NCBI RefSeq assembly: GCF_044704955.1
Contig: NC_091989.1
Span: 98,580,001-98,644,000, forward strand
Direction: 5' to 3'
Length of the DNA: 64,000 nt
Source: Pristiophorus japonicus
Lineage: Eukaryota
Shown: one piece after another, positions 49,969 to 62,919 of the stretch
How positions within the stretch are numbered: position 1 is the stretch's first letter
Layout of the letters: each line of letters opens with the position of its first letter
Position numbers and translations under genes: made by a program
The notes under the pieces: model-generated
Databases searched by the model: none
Told to the model about the DNA's origin: nothing
What the model saw: only the letters and a program-made list of their open reading frames with translations

Positions 49969-51568
49969 CTGTGGACAAGCACTCCAAGGTCCCTTTGTTC
50001 ATCTACACTATTAAGTGTCCAACCACTTAATGTGTATTCCCTTTCCTTATTAGCCCTCCCAAAGTGCATCACCTCACACTTCCCTGAATTAAATTCCATT
50101 TGCCACTGCTCTGCCCCCCTGACCAGTAGATTGGTATCGTCCTGCATCCCATGACTTTCCTCTTCATTATCAACTACACAGTCAATTTTAGTGTCGTCTG
50201 CAAACTTCTTAATCATACTCCCGATATTCAAATCTAATGACGGCAGATTTGAGGCAGAGGGGGATATTCCCTGAGGAGAGAGAAGCATTAACAATGTCAG
50301 CTAACATGGGAGCCAGAAAAGGAAGTTGGGTGGTCAGCTATTTGGTGGGACAACCATCTCTAAACAAACATATATCTATCAGAGTTTTGAAATCTCCAAT
50401 TGTCCTACTATCCACAGCCTTTCTGATGTAAGAGACCCAGATTTCTATTATATTCTGTGTGAAGAAGTTCTTCCTGATTTCACACCTAAATAGCGTGGCT
50501 CTATTTTTAAGATGACGTATCCTTGTTCTCGATTTCCACACCAGAGGAAATCATTTCTTTGTATCTAGCCTATCAAATCCTTATATCATTTTAAACACCT
50601 CAATCAGGTCACCCCTTAATCTTCTTTACTCAAGGGATTACAAGCCAAGGTTATGCAGCCTGCCCTTATAATTTAACCCTCAAAGTCCTGGTATCATTCT
50701 GGTAAATCAGCAGTGCAGCCTCTCCAAGGCCAAGATCTCCTTCCTGAGGTGCAGTACTCAGAGTGTGACAAAAGCGTTATACAACTGAAGCATGCACGTG
50801 ATAAAACTTTAAATAATAGCCAGAATATTACTTGCAAGTTTTTTTAAAATTTCCTTTTGCAGCTCCTAATATTTTTTATTACTTTCTATATTTCTGTCAG
50901 GCTGCTGGATTACCGCTGTTCTTGGTCTTTGTGTAACTCACTTCCCTTAGTTTTATCTTTTGTTTTACCTCATATGTTGACCGTCACAAGTGGAACGTTT
51001 GCTCTTTAGGGTGATGTATTGGTCTTGTACTGTATGGAATACGTCTTTGAATACCACCACGGTTTTTCGGTAGGTTTATATATTAAAAGCTCAGCCTAGT
51101 TTAACGTGTTGAACTTACTGACTTCAATTCAAAACCTTTCGCCTTCTCAAACTTGATGTCAAATTCTATCATGTTATGGCCACTATTTGTAAGCTGCTCC
51201 CTTACTGTCAGATTATTAATTAATTTTGACTCATTACTCATTAGTAAATCTAGTATGGCCTATTCCCTTGTTGGTTGTAAAAAATACTATCCTGGATACA
51301 TGCTAGAGATTTACTGGGGCCCAAATTGCCCCGTGCCCCTATGTGATTTTTTTTGTCCTCCTTGAGTAAAGAAGCACTTGCTTGCGGTAACGGAGTATTC
51401 GCGCGGCGCTCGTGGGGCATGGCGCTCAGCAACGCTCTCTGCACATCGGCACATCGCTCAGCACATCAGCGCAACGCTAATGATGTCAGCACGCTGCTGA
51501 TGACATCAGTGCGACACGGACGTGCTGCATCATGCTGATGTGTCAGAACGTCCCACTCCTTCTTGTCA

Positions 51569-52024
51569 GTGTCAGCTGTGGCTCAGTGGGTAGCACACTC
51601 GCCTCTGAGTCACACGTTGTGGGTTCAAGTCCACTCTGGGAACTTGAGCACATAAATCTAGGCTGACACTCCAGTACAGTGCTGAGGGAGTGCGGCACTG
51701 TCGGAGGTGTGTCAGTCGTTAGGGAATTTAAACCGAGGTCCTATCTGTTTTCTCAAGTGGACGTTAAACACACCATGGCACTATTTTGAAGAAGAGAAGG
51801 AGAGTTATCCCCAGTGTCCTGGCCAATATTTATCCCTCAATCAACATAACGTCTAGTCATTATCACATTGCTCTTTGTGGGAGTTGCTGTGTGCAAATTG
51901 GCTGCCGCGTTTCCCTCATTACATCAGTGACTACACTCCAAAAGTACTTAATTGGCTGTAAATAGCATTGAGACGACCGGTGGTCATGAAAAGCACTATT
52001 TAAATCCAAGTCTTTCTTTTTTTT
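51569..52024 (+). mobile_element. tRNA-derived Deu-core SINE (SacSINE1-like), nested in a Harbinger-type MITE starting at ~51317
   Basis: A box TGGCTCAGTGG at 51579-51589, B box GGTTCAAGTCC at 51622-51632. Core CAGTGCTGAGGGAGTG...CATGGCACTATTTTGAAGAAGAG...GTCCTGGCCAATATTTATCCCTCAA, and an L2-like tail. Confidence 0.85.
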
Positions 52025-52582
52025 GAAAGGGGAGGACCACTGTGAACTCTGCAGCCTCTTTAGTGGTGCCCACTGGGCCACCAGGGAAGGTGTCGGTCAG
52101 GCCAATGGTCTGGCACCCAAGAGGAGGTGCCAATCTGCATGATGGTGGCTCGACCACAAAGGTGACAACACCAGTGGCCGCCATTGCCGGGCCGACTCAA
52201 AAGTCAGCCAACAGAAAAAAGATGGCGGCCACCGCGCTGTTTTGTACCTCCCAGTCTATGTGATAATTAAAATCTCCCATTATAACCACTTTGCCTTTGA
52301 TACATGATTCTCTGATCTCCGTATTTATACATCCCCCTTACTGCAACACTGCTGTTGGGAGGTCTGCAGACAACATCAACATCGTACCCTTTGAGCTGAA
52401 TTTGAGCTTCTAATTCACTTGTTTCATTCCTTATGCTATGTGCATTAGTGTTGGGATCTCTGATTTGTTCAACAGTCGCCACTCTGCCAATATCCACTCA
52501 TGGTGCTTTCCTCAGTTTTTAAATGATCACACTTTTTCTTAATTTTCTACATTCCTATTATATCAGGTATGTTATTAATTAA

Positions 52583-54200
52583 GAATATAAGAAAATAAGA
52601 ACACAAGAATTAGGAGCAGCAGTGGGCCATTCGGCCCCTCGAGCCTGCTCTGCCATTCAATAAGGTCATGGCTGATCTTTTACCCCAACTCCACTTTCGT
52701 GCACTGTCCCCATATCCCTTGATTCCTTTAATATTCAAAAATCTATCGATCTCTGTCTTGAATATGCTCAAAGACTGAGCCTCCACAGCTCACTGGGGTA
52801 GAGAATTCCAAAGATTTACCACCCTCTGAGTGAAGAAGTTTCACCTCATCTCATTCCAAGTGGCCGACCCCTTATTTTGACACTGGTACCCCTGGTTCTA
52901 GACCCCACCCCCTGCCAGAGGAAACATCCTCCCTATATCTATCCTATCAAGCCCTTTAAGAATTTAGTATGTTTAAATGAAATCACCTCTCATTCTTCTA
53001 TACTCTAGAAAATATAGGTCTAGTCTACTGAATCACTCCTCATAGGACAATCCCCCCATCCCAGGAATCAGTCTGGTTTCTGCTTTGTTGCACTCCCTCG
53101 AAGACAAATATGTCCTTCTTTTCGTAAGGAGACCAAAACTGTTTACAATACTGCAGGTGCGGTCTCAACAGGGCCCTATATAATTGGAATAAGATGTCTT
53201 TACTCTTATACTCAAATCCTCTTGTAATAAAGGCCATTTGATTTCTTAATTGCTTACTGTACCTGCATGTTAATTTTCAATGATTCGTGTACAAGGACAC
53301 CCAGGTCCCTCTGAACACCCAGGTCCCAATCTCTCACCATTTAAAAACATACTCTGCTTTTCTATTTTTCCTACCAAAGTGGATAACTTCACATTTCTCC
53401 ACATTATAACCCATTTGCCATATTCTTGCCCACTCACTTAGCTTGTCGATATCCCTTTGAAGCCCCTTTGCATCCTCCCCACAACTTACGTTCCAACCTA
53501 GCTTTGTATCATCAGCAAACTTGGATATATTACATTTGGTCCCCGCATCCAAATCATTGATATAGATTGTGAATAGCTGGGGCCCAAGCACTGATCCTTG
53601 CGGCACCCTCTAGTTACAGTCTGCCAACCCGAAAATGACCCGTTTATTCCTTCTCTCTCTTTTCTGTCCATTAATCAATCCTCAATCCATGCTAATAAAT
53701 TACCCCCAATCCCATGAGTCCTAATTTTGTTCAATAACCTCTTGTGTGGCACCTTATCGAATGCATTGTGAAAATTCAAATCCACCACATCCACTGGCTC
53801 CCCTTGTCTATTCCATTGCCTACAACCTCAAAATATTCTCACAGATTTGTCAAACATGATTTCCCTTTCATAAATCCATATTGCCTCTGCCAATCCTATT
53901 ATTATTTTGTAAGTGCCCTGCTACCACATCCTTAAGAATAGTTTCTAGCATTTTTCCTACTACTGATGTCAGGATAATTGGTCTGTAGTTCCCCGTTTTC
54001 TCTCTCCCTCCTTTTGTAAATAGTGGGGTTACATTAGCTACCTTGCAATCTGTGGGAACCATTCTAGAATCTATGGAATTTTGGAAGATGACAACCAATG
54101 CATCCACTATCTTTATAGTTACCTCTTTCAAAACCCTACGATGTAGGCCATCAGGTCCAGGGGATTTATCGGCTTTCAGTCCCAGCAATTCCAGCACTAT
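52583..54200 (-). mobile_element. 5'-truncated CR1 LINE (RT to tail)
   Basis: KSPGPDG, PQGSVLGP and KFADDTK motifs, and a CR1 tail. Confidence 0.9.
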
Positions 54201-55439
54201 TGTCTAAACTTGGATTATTTATATATTTTTGCATTCTGACCTTTTCTCTTACCTTTTTTTTCTCATCTTTAAGTTATCAGTTTTACTATTTCTAGCTGAA
54301 CTCTCCCCCCTACCATCCCACCCCACTCCCACATTCTTGGTTTAAAGTCCTTTCTACAGCCAACTTATCCTTTGCACTGGGTCCTTGGTCTCAGCCCAGT
54401 TCAGGGGCAGCCCATCCCAGCAGTATAGCTCCTTCCTGTCCCCGCACTGGTGCCAGTGACCCATGAAATTGACCCCTCTTTCCCACAACAGTCTTTTAGC
54501 CACACATTCATTTTCCTGATCTGTTTCCTGATGCCACTTAGCATGTGGCTAGAGTAATAATCCTGAGATTACTCCCCTCGAGGCCCTGCTTTTTAATTTA
54601 GCTCATAGCTCCTGATACTCTCTTAGCAGGACCTCCTCCCTCTTCTTTGCTATATCATTGGTCCCAACATCGAGCATCACAACTGCTTCTTCACCATCCC
54701 TTTCCAGCCACATTGAGATATTCCTTACCCTGGCACTAGGTCGGCAACAGACCCTTCGTGACTCTCGATCATGACTGCAAAGGATGCTGTCTATGCCCCT
54801 AATTATTGAATCTCTTATAAGTACAGCCTTTCTGTTCTGTTCTTCCAATATATCCTGCAACCAGTCACAGGATACTAGCCAGGCATGATTCTTCCTTTTG
54901 ATTTTCTAGAATTGATCTAAAGTCCCAAGAGGCTGTGGTAATGTAGTGGTTATGTTACTGGATTAATAATTCAAAGAAAATAGGCTGGATTTTACCACCC
55001 TTGGTGGGTCCATGGTGGGCGACGTCAGTGGTGGGACCCGGCCTCGCTGCTCACTCCATCCGTTGTCCAAAATGATTTTGACCAGATTGGGCTTATTAAG
55101 CCCACCCACCGAGTTTCCCGGCCAATCGAAGGGAGCGGGTCTGATGACATCTTTTGATGCGCACCGCCAGCAGGTTTCCTTAAAACAATCATGCGCAAAT
55201 TAAATTTGACAGTTGTGCTGTCAGTGTTCTGCAGAAGTGCATGGCTGCACACAGGCTCTCCCATGACTTCCTCCATATGCTTATGGGGGGGAATCACAGC
55301 ATGAGGGGAGGTTCTCTTCCCGTCCAATGGGTGGTTATGCCCTCCCCAGGAGACCAACACAGATTGGGTGCACATTGCACAGGAGGATGCAAGCAGGGAT
55401 GTCATCAGGATGACCTGGCTGCAGTGGCACAAACCTTTC

Positions 55440-58400
55440 AATGATCGTAGCTCTTAGATCACAACTAATGTCGTCTCACAGGACACCGAACGTGTCGTTA
55501 AATCGACCTCCTGGTGACAGTAGCAAACCAGGCAAATCGAATGGTCCTCTCCAAAATAAACTTCATGTAGACCCAGCCATCCGAATATGCCAACTTAACT
55601 TTGAAGGCATCTCTCGTTCAAAATGCGAATAACTCGAAAGGTTACTGAAACACAGCATCGATATTCTGGTGCTTCAAGAAACACATATCGAACACATCCA
55701 CCACTTCGACACAAGAGGCCGTATCACAGGTTTTGACCTAATTGCATTCAATAACCATCCCAAATATGGCCTAGTATGCTGTGTTAAACAAGGCATTGAA
55801 GGCTGCACTGAACTTGAGCGTATCAGTATTGCCAGAGTTTTCACTACAGCGATACGCGTAGGAGAGCTAACAATCTTCAATGTCGACAAACACCACTTGT
55901 GCAGTGCCTGACCCACTGCTCCCTCCTGGTCAACATCCATCCATCTCAAAGACTTTAATAGTCACCATAAAATGTGGGACTAATGCAGATGCCAACTATA
56001 ATGGAGAAGCAATTGTACAGTGGGCTTCACTGGAGAATAAATTCCCCCATTTGGATGCCAAAGATCGAGATACGTTTCATGTGTCAAGGTGGCAGAGAGA
56101 ATATAACCCAGACCTATGTTTCCTCTCTAAAGACAGCAAAGGAAACCCAATCATTGCCTCCAGAAACATTCTCAATGGCCCTGAAACCCCGGTTTCTTCT
56201 TCCCGCGAGCGTTCGACTAAAAATAGGAGAAAAGATGCGCACTTACATTTGGTCGAACGCTCACCAAAGATCCCGGTCTTGAGGCCTCCTTTTCTTGTGC
56301 ATCGGAGCGCATTCACATTGGGACATCAGTATTTTCACGTTCATAGGAATCGGAGTTTCCTAAGTCCAAAACTCCTCTTACTATGAATGAGAAACACCCC
56401 CAAACACCCAAACACTACATAAAACATTAAAAAAACACCTCACATAAATACATTATAGAAATTAAATTTGATAGAAATATTTTTGAAAAAAAATTGCCGA
56501 TTTAAAAAAAAATGGTTTAATATAAAATTATCTGAGTGGGCAGGATTTTTAACATATGTAGTTTTAAATTTTATTTTTATATGTTTTTGATATGTTTTTA
56601 AATTCTTACGACAATAAAAGTAGGCGATGTGCCTGCTTTTATCAGGTGCATGTGTTTTAAGGACATTTGCTGGGCAAGAGATGGGCAAATAGCCCAATCT
56701 CTGCCGTGGGAATGTCCTCGCTCCAGAGATGCGGCCATCTGTCAAACCAGAAACTTGACAGATCGGAAAAGCCGGTTTTCAGCGCATGCGCATTGTGCAC
56801 CAAGAACCGGTTTTTCCGATGCCTTCCTGGGTCCAGACACACTCCGTACAGACCCGGGGAGCTCTGAATTTCAAGGCCAATAACTTCACAAGGATTCAAC
56901 ACAGGTGCTCAATCATCAACGTTGGCATCGAAATTGCTGTCACTACATCAACACCGGAACCACGATGGAACTTCAAAAAAGCAGACTGGGAAACCTTCCA
57001 AAGATCAGTTGACACCAATATCAGGTGGATTCCACCAACCACCAATGCCTTGAACAGATTTATAGGAATTATTAAAGCTGGCGCAAATCGCAGTATGCCT
57101 CGGGGGTTTAGAAAGATATATTGGACGGAAGAAAGCGAGGCTCTCTACCAGGAGTATTCGCTGAACAAGAATCCAGCCACAGCCACCACAATGCTGGAGT
57201 CCTTGAACTCGACAAGATGTGAAAGGTGGAGGAACCTTATGGAGAAGTCTAACTTCACTCACACCAGCAGGAAAGTATGGACCCTGCTCCGTCAACCTGG
57301 TGGGGCAGTCCCCGCCTATAAACTCAGGACGACCATCAGAGCAGATGCCATTGCATCCCACTTGATGCAAACATGAAAGGTTCCGGTGGACAAAGTATTT
57401 TGACGGCAGATGAAGCGGAAGCTTTCGACAAACTTGATGGCGGCAACAAGATCGTCAACTGTGTCTGATCCACTCACCTTGGACGGACTAAACGCAGCCC
57501 ATCGACGATAAAATCTGGAAAAGCTGCTGGTCCAGATGGTGTTTACCCAGAATTGTTAAAAGCACTGGGACCCAAAGCAAAGAGATGGTTGATCTCCTTC
57601 TCTGAGGTACTGGCAACTGGTAAAGTTCCATCTATTTGGAGGGAGACTAAAATAATTGCCCACCTGAAACAGCACAACAATGCTTGTGAAGCCTCCAGCT
57701 AACACCCGATCTCCTTACTTTGCACTAGTTATAAAGTGCTGGAGAGGCTACTACTCCACACACTAGCCCCCATCATCGTGCCAACCATTCCGAAGGAGCA
57801 AGTGGGTTTCCGGAGTGGCCGTAACTGCTGTGACCAAGTGGTAGCTTTAACAACGCACATCAAAGCAAGCGTCCAACGCCAGCTCATGACTGCCGTAGCA
57901 CTCGAGGAGCTGTCAGTGACGTATGACACAGTGTGGAAGCATGGACTGCTTTTCAAGCTCTGCACCATTTTATCCTCCAGAACAACGATCAATCTCCTCA
58001 ACTCCATGTTTAGCAACCAACGCTTCCGTGTGTACTCTGGCACCCAGAAGAGCAGATATAGGACATTGAACAACGGACTCCCACAGGGCTCTGTCCTGGC
58101 ACCCATGTTATTCAACGTTTACATCAGTGATCTGCCCGAAACAGAGTCCCGCAAGTTCGTGTACGCTGATGACATTGGTTTGGCCACGCACAACACAAAT
58201 CTGTCCATCACTGAAGAGAACCCAACCAGTGATTTACAGAGGATGGAGGCCTACTTCCGCCGATGGCGACTCCGACCAAACCCGCAAAAGTCTGTCACCT
58301 CGACATTCCACCCCAACACCCATCAAGCAAACCAAGCTTTGAAAGTCTCCTTTTGCAACGCAGAGGTAAACCATGCCAAAAAACTCTCCTATTTAGGATT

Positions 58401-58580
58401 CAAGCTTAATCACTGCCTTTCATATAAACATCACCAGAACCTTGGGAAGAATCTAAAGAGTAGTATCAACTTGATCCAGAAATACACCGGATCCACATGG
58501 GGAGCAGACACACAAAGCCTCCGTAAGCCAGCACTCGCCCTGGTATACTCTACAGAGGAGTATTGCTCTCCGGCATGTGT
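55440..58580 (+). mobile_element. Vingi/Ingi-group LINE (APE + RT), decayed and 3'-truncated
   Basis: IRICQLNFEG, VLQETH and YNPDLCF (APE). CCDQVVALTTHI, GLPQGSVLAP, YADD and YFRRWRLRPNP (RT), typical of Vingi. Confidence 0.78.
56177..56878. mobile_element. Harbinger-type MITE with a 3-bp TSD
   Basis: TIRs GGCCCTGAAA / TTTCAAGGCC, TSD AAT at 56174-56176 and 56879-56881. Removal restores the LINE frame ILNNFTRIQHR. Confidence 0.85.
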
Positions 58581-59603
58581 TCTTCGACGGATCTGTGTGC
58601 ACCTTTGGAAGTGGTTTAGTGAGTTGCAGTGAATGGTGAGACATAATGGTAGCAAGTCACAAACTTCTACAAAGAAGAAAGCCCACTACCACTTCCTTGG
58701 GGGTAACTACATTTGGACAATAGATGCCGGCCTTGCCAGATGAATTTTAAAAAGCAGCCTCTACTTCGCACTCAGTACAGCACCAAGTTTCTGGGTGCCA
58801 ATTATGTTAAAGTTGTGGAGCTTGTACCCACCTGCTCCGAGGTCAATGAGTGACCCTGAAAACTTAGTGCTGGGGGTCAGCAGCTTATCTTTTATTTTTC
58901 AATTTTGAAGAAGGGCTTATGACCAAAACATAATCCGAATTGTTCTTTCTTTCCACTTGTTTGAAATCTTCGATGAAATAACAAGGAGAGTTGATGCAGG
59001 TGGTGCTCCTGATGTTGTGTAAATGGAATTTCAAAAGACATTTGATGAAGTGTCACATCTTGGGCTCAAGTTTCGGGGCGTGCCTAGAACGGCGCAGCCC
59101 TGACACCCACACCTGTTTTCCACGCTCAAAAGCGCGTCAAAAACTCACGGAGGAATTCTTGGCCTCGCAGCAGCTTCCTTGCAGCTCAGTGCGGCGTGCA
59201 GAGATCAGCGGGGGCAGGGCCAAAGCGTCGCGCCGATTTTGAGACTGCAAGGCGGCGGGGCTAGCTCAGAGCAGAAGATGTCCTGCCGGCAGCACTGTGT
59301 GTGCGCGCTGGAGCATGCGTGCACACGCAGTGTGATACAAACATTGGCACTCGCCCATTTTAAAAGGTGCCTGAGGAAAAGTGCTGTTTTGTTTTGTGAA
59401 GCTGTGGAAAGGCTTGTGAATTAACTTTGGTGATTTTTTTTGTGCCTGAAGGAGTGCTTTTAGCAGTACTGTTGAAGAAATCACCTACTGAAATCAGTGA
59501 GTGCTGCTTTTTGCTTCTAAACTTCCAGAACAAGTGTTGCATAGGTGCATGCAAAATAAGGAGTGTGTGTTTTGAAAAATCAGAGTGTCAATTCAATACA
59601 GCA

Positions 59604-60257
59604 ATGGAACAACGTCCAGCAAGAACAAAGAATTTCTTGCATGAGGAAGTGGAGATATTAGTTAACGCCATTGAGCAGAGATGGCAGGAGCTGAATACCA
59701 GCAACAGAGGTCACATAATAGTGCCACCCAAAGAAATGAAGAAACGCTGGAACCAAGTTGCAGAAGATTACTGCGCAGTGGTGCATACCAGGAGATCTGG
59801 AAGCCAGTGTAAAAAGAAATGGCACGACCTCCGTCAAGTTGTTAGTGTAAGTAATATTTTCATTTTTTAATGGAATCGTAATTGTAAATGTGACTATCTG
59901 TATGTCCCACCCTGCAGAAAGATGCACTCTGTAAAAAGTTATATTTTAATCTTTGCAGAAGAAATTGGCCCAAAACAAAAGGGAAAGAACTCGAACAGGG
60001 GGAGGCCCGCCAAATCTGCACCCACTGACACCCTTGGAACAGAGGGTAGCTGCTATGATGAGTCGTACATGAAGAAAAGCAATCAGTACAGCACAAGCTG
60101 GGCCCGCACGCGAGGGAGAGGGTAAGTCCTGAAAATGCATCGTGGCCCTTCAAATCAACCTGCTGCCTGGTCTGCTATGTGTGAGAGTACTCATGCCACC
60201 CATCCTGCCTCCTCCTCTGCTGCTACACATTTGACTGTTCTGATATATTTCGCAGAA

Positions 60258-60294
<37 letters not shown>

Positions 60295-61076
60295 CCAACC
60301 CTGAAGATCCTGAAGATCCAGAACAAGAACCAGAAGAACCAGATGCGGATGATCCAGACTGGCTGCAGGCGGCGATGACTGAAATGTCTTCAGGGGAGAC
60401 CTTCCAAATTAATATTTATGAGCCCACATTAACGGGCATCAGAGTTTCAACCCCTTGCATCGGTTCTGGTTCTACCTTCCATGATTTTGATTCTGATGTT
60501 GCAAGTCCCAATGGTGCTGGTGATATAATGGAGCAGTTTACAGCCACTGACCCACCATCCCAGCCCACGGCTCGCACTGGAGTGGTGCCGGATGCAAGAC
60601 CCAGGGCCGCACCATCCCAGCCCGCGGCTCCCACTCTAGTGTTGCCGTTTGGAACACCGAGGGTCCCACCATCCCAGCCCGTGGCTCCCACTCTCGTGCT
60701 GCTGTTTGGAACACCGAGGGTCCCACCATCCCAGCCCGTGGCTCCCAGTGCAGTGGTACCGCAAGGCAGATCCAGGCAGAGGAGAAGGAGATTGGGGACA
60801 CGCTCTCCTGCGATGCAGTGTGCAACAGATGCGGCTCAGGTTGTGGCATTGGGTGTGGAGACCAATGACCTTACCCGATCACTCGTGGGCAGCGTCAGTG
60901 CAGTGGGTGAAGAGGTGACGGTACTTTCAGGAGAAATAGCAGTAATGACATGGGAAATGAGGGAGGGAATGTCCGAGGGAGTGCAATCGACAGCACAGGC
61001 CGTCAAGGAGGGCCTGGGTGAGGTAGCTGCTGCAATAAGGGCACACAGCCCGGCCAATCAAATGACACCCCCATGA
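59604..61076 (+). pseudogene. Harbinger Myb/SANT-like gene, exons 59604-59846, 59959-60121 and 60256-61076; premature TGA at 60070
   Basis: NFLHEEVEIL...WNQVA...QCKKKWHDL and RTGGGP motifs. Canonical GT-AG introns in phase 0 and 1, (GAT)n poly-Asp, and 60-bp coding repeats. Confidence 0.85.
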
Positions 61077-62507
61077 AGAAATGAACATTCACCGAGATGT
61101 GGATGAGAGATGGTTGCAGCCTTTCTTTGCTGCTTTTGTTCTTGTTCTTGACGTAACTGTAGTAACGTTTTTCAAATTGAAATTGTTTTGTAAGTTTTGT
61201 AACTTTACAACTTATAAGTGATCTTAGGGTGTTTAAGTGATCTTATAGTGTAAATACTCTCACATAACTTATTTAATTTTGCACCTAAAAAGTGATCTTG
61301 AAGTTTAAGTGATCTTAAGAGTGTAAGATTTTTCACATTGAAATTGTTTTGTAACTTTTGTAACTTTACAAGTTTATAAGTGATCTTAAAGTTTTTAAGT
61401 GATCTTAAAGAGTTATATTAAAAAGTAAACTTTGATACAACAAATATTTTATTACACTAACGTTAACTTTTCAATAAAATATTATTTCATTAAAACTGCA
61501 TCATGTCTCATTAACACAACACAACATAGGAACAACTCCAAAAAATAAACATGTCCATGCTCAACAGTTGTCGCAGAGCCCTCAGGCATCAGTAATTGAA
61601 GCGTTCAAGGATGAACTGCTGGCACAGGGCTCGAGCAATCGTTAAAGGAGCACGATGGACTGCCCTCCTCCGACCTCGGGCTCCGGCATCAGGCACTTGC
61701 ATGCTTTGCTGATCGTCGTCATCACCCTCATCCTGCTCTTCCAAATTACTATCATCAGGCACTGCCCCCTCATGTGGGTATTCTGGTTCCACTACCAGCT
61801 CCTGCTGCCTCATGATGACTAAGTTATGCAGCATGCAGCACACAACAGTGAAGTGACCGACAATCTGAGGAGAGTATTGCAAGTGGCCTCCGGAATGTCC
61901 AGGCATTGGAAACGCTGTTTCAAGATGCCAATGGGCCTCTCTATGATGCTGCACGTCGCAATGTGTGCCATGTTGTGTTGATGGTCAGCTTCCGTCAGTG
62001 TTACGCGTAGGGGCGTCATGAGCCAGGTGGCCAGGCCGTACCCTTTGTCTCCCAGTAGCCTGCTCTGCCCTTCTGGCTGCTGCTCAAACATGTCAGATAT
62101 AATGCTGTCGCATAGGATGAACGCATCATGGGTGCTACCAGGGTGTCTCGCATCGACTGACATGATGCGCTGCTTGTCGGCACACACGAGCTGCACATTA
62201 ATGTAGTGGAAACTTTTTCTATTTCTGTACTGCTCGGAATCCTCCACACGTGCTCGCAAGGCAATGTGGGTTCAATCAATGCAGCCCTGTACCTTTGAGA
62301 AGCCAGTAATCCTGAAGAAGCCCACAGCCCTGTCATGCATTGCTTGTGCGGTCATTGGGAACTTGATGAAGTAATTCCTCCATGCATACAGTGCAGCCGT
62401 GACCTGGTAAACGCATGTATTGCACGTTGAGAGATGGCGCATACATCTCCAGTTGTAGCTTGAAACGATCCCGAGGCATAGAAGGCAAGTGCAGCTGTTA
62501 CCTTCAC

Positions 62508-62767
62508 AGAGAGTGGAGAGCACGAGTTAGGACTGTCGCAGGGGAGAGGGTGGTGAGCGCCAGTTCGAACTGTCACAGGAGAGAGGGTGGAGAGCACCGG
62601 TTCCAACTGTCATAGGATGGGAGAGTGGAGAGCACCAGTTCAAACTGTCACAGGAGAGAGAGTGGAGAGCACCAGTTCAAACTGTCACAGGAGAGAGAGT
62701 GGAGAGCATCAGTTTAAACTGTTGCGGGGGGGAGGGTGGGGAGCACCAGTTCAAACTGTCGCAGGAG
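62508..62767 (+). repeat. ~38-bp minisatellite (GAGAGTGGAGAGCACCAGTTCAAACTGTCACAGGA), about 7 copies
   Basis: Direct reading; forms the 5' part of the insertion. Confidence 0.85.
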
Positions 62768-62919
62768 CATCCAGTCATGCCCCGGTAACTGCCCCCAAGG
62801 GAAGTGGAGTGTGGGAAATTGCACTCCGCTTCCATTGAGGGGTGGTAAGGCCAATTCTGCGGCGGGAGCAGGACTTCCACGCTGGGGACTAACATTCCCT
62901 GCCCCAGAAGGTTACCGCC

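Larger units (their letters stand above)
49969..54860 (-). mobile_element. Mosaic of older CR1 fragments, including an ORF1 esterase-like segment (54603-54860)
   Basis: KFADDTK RT at 49969-50236, a 3' piece at 50330-50790, APE pieces at 50800-51313 and 52250-52500. DSIIRG...VGTNDI SGNH-like ORF1. Confidence 0.75.

Noticed and set aside
51569-51640. tRNA-like sequence with A and B boxes
   Set aside because: It is the head of a SINE: it continues into a Deu core and LINE-like tail, and no proper acceptor stem is seen.
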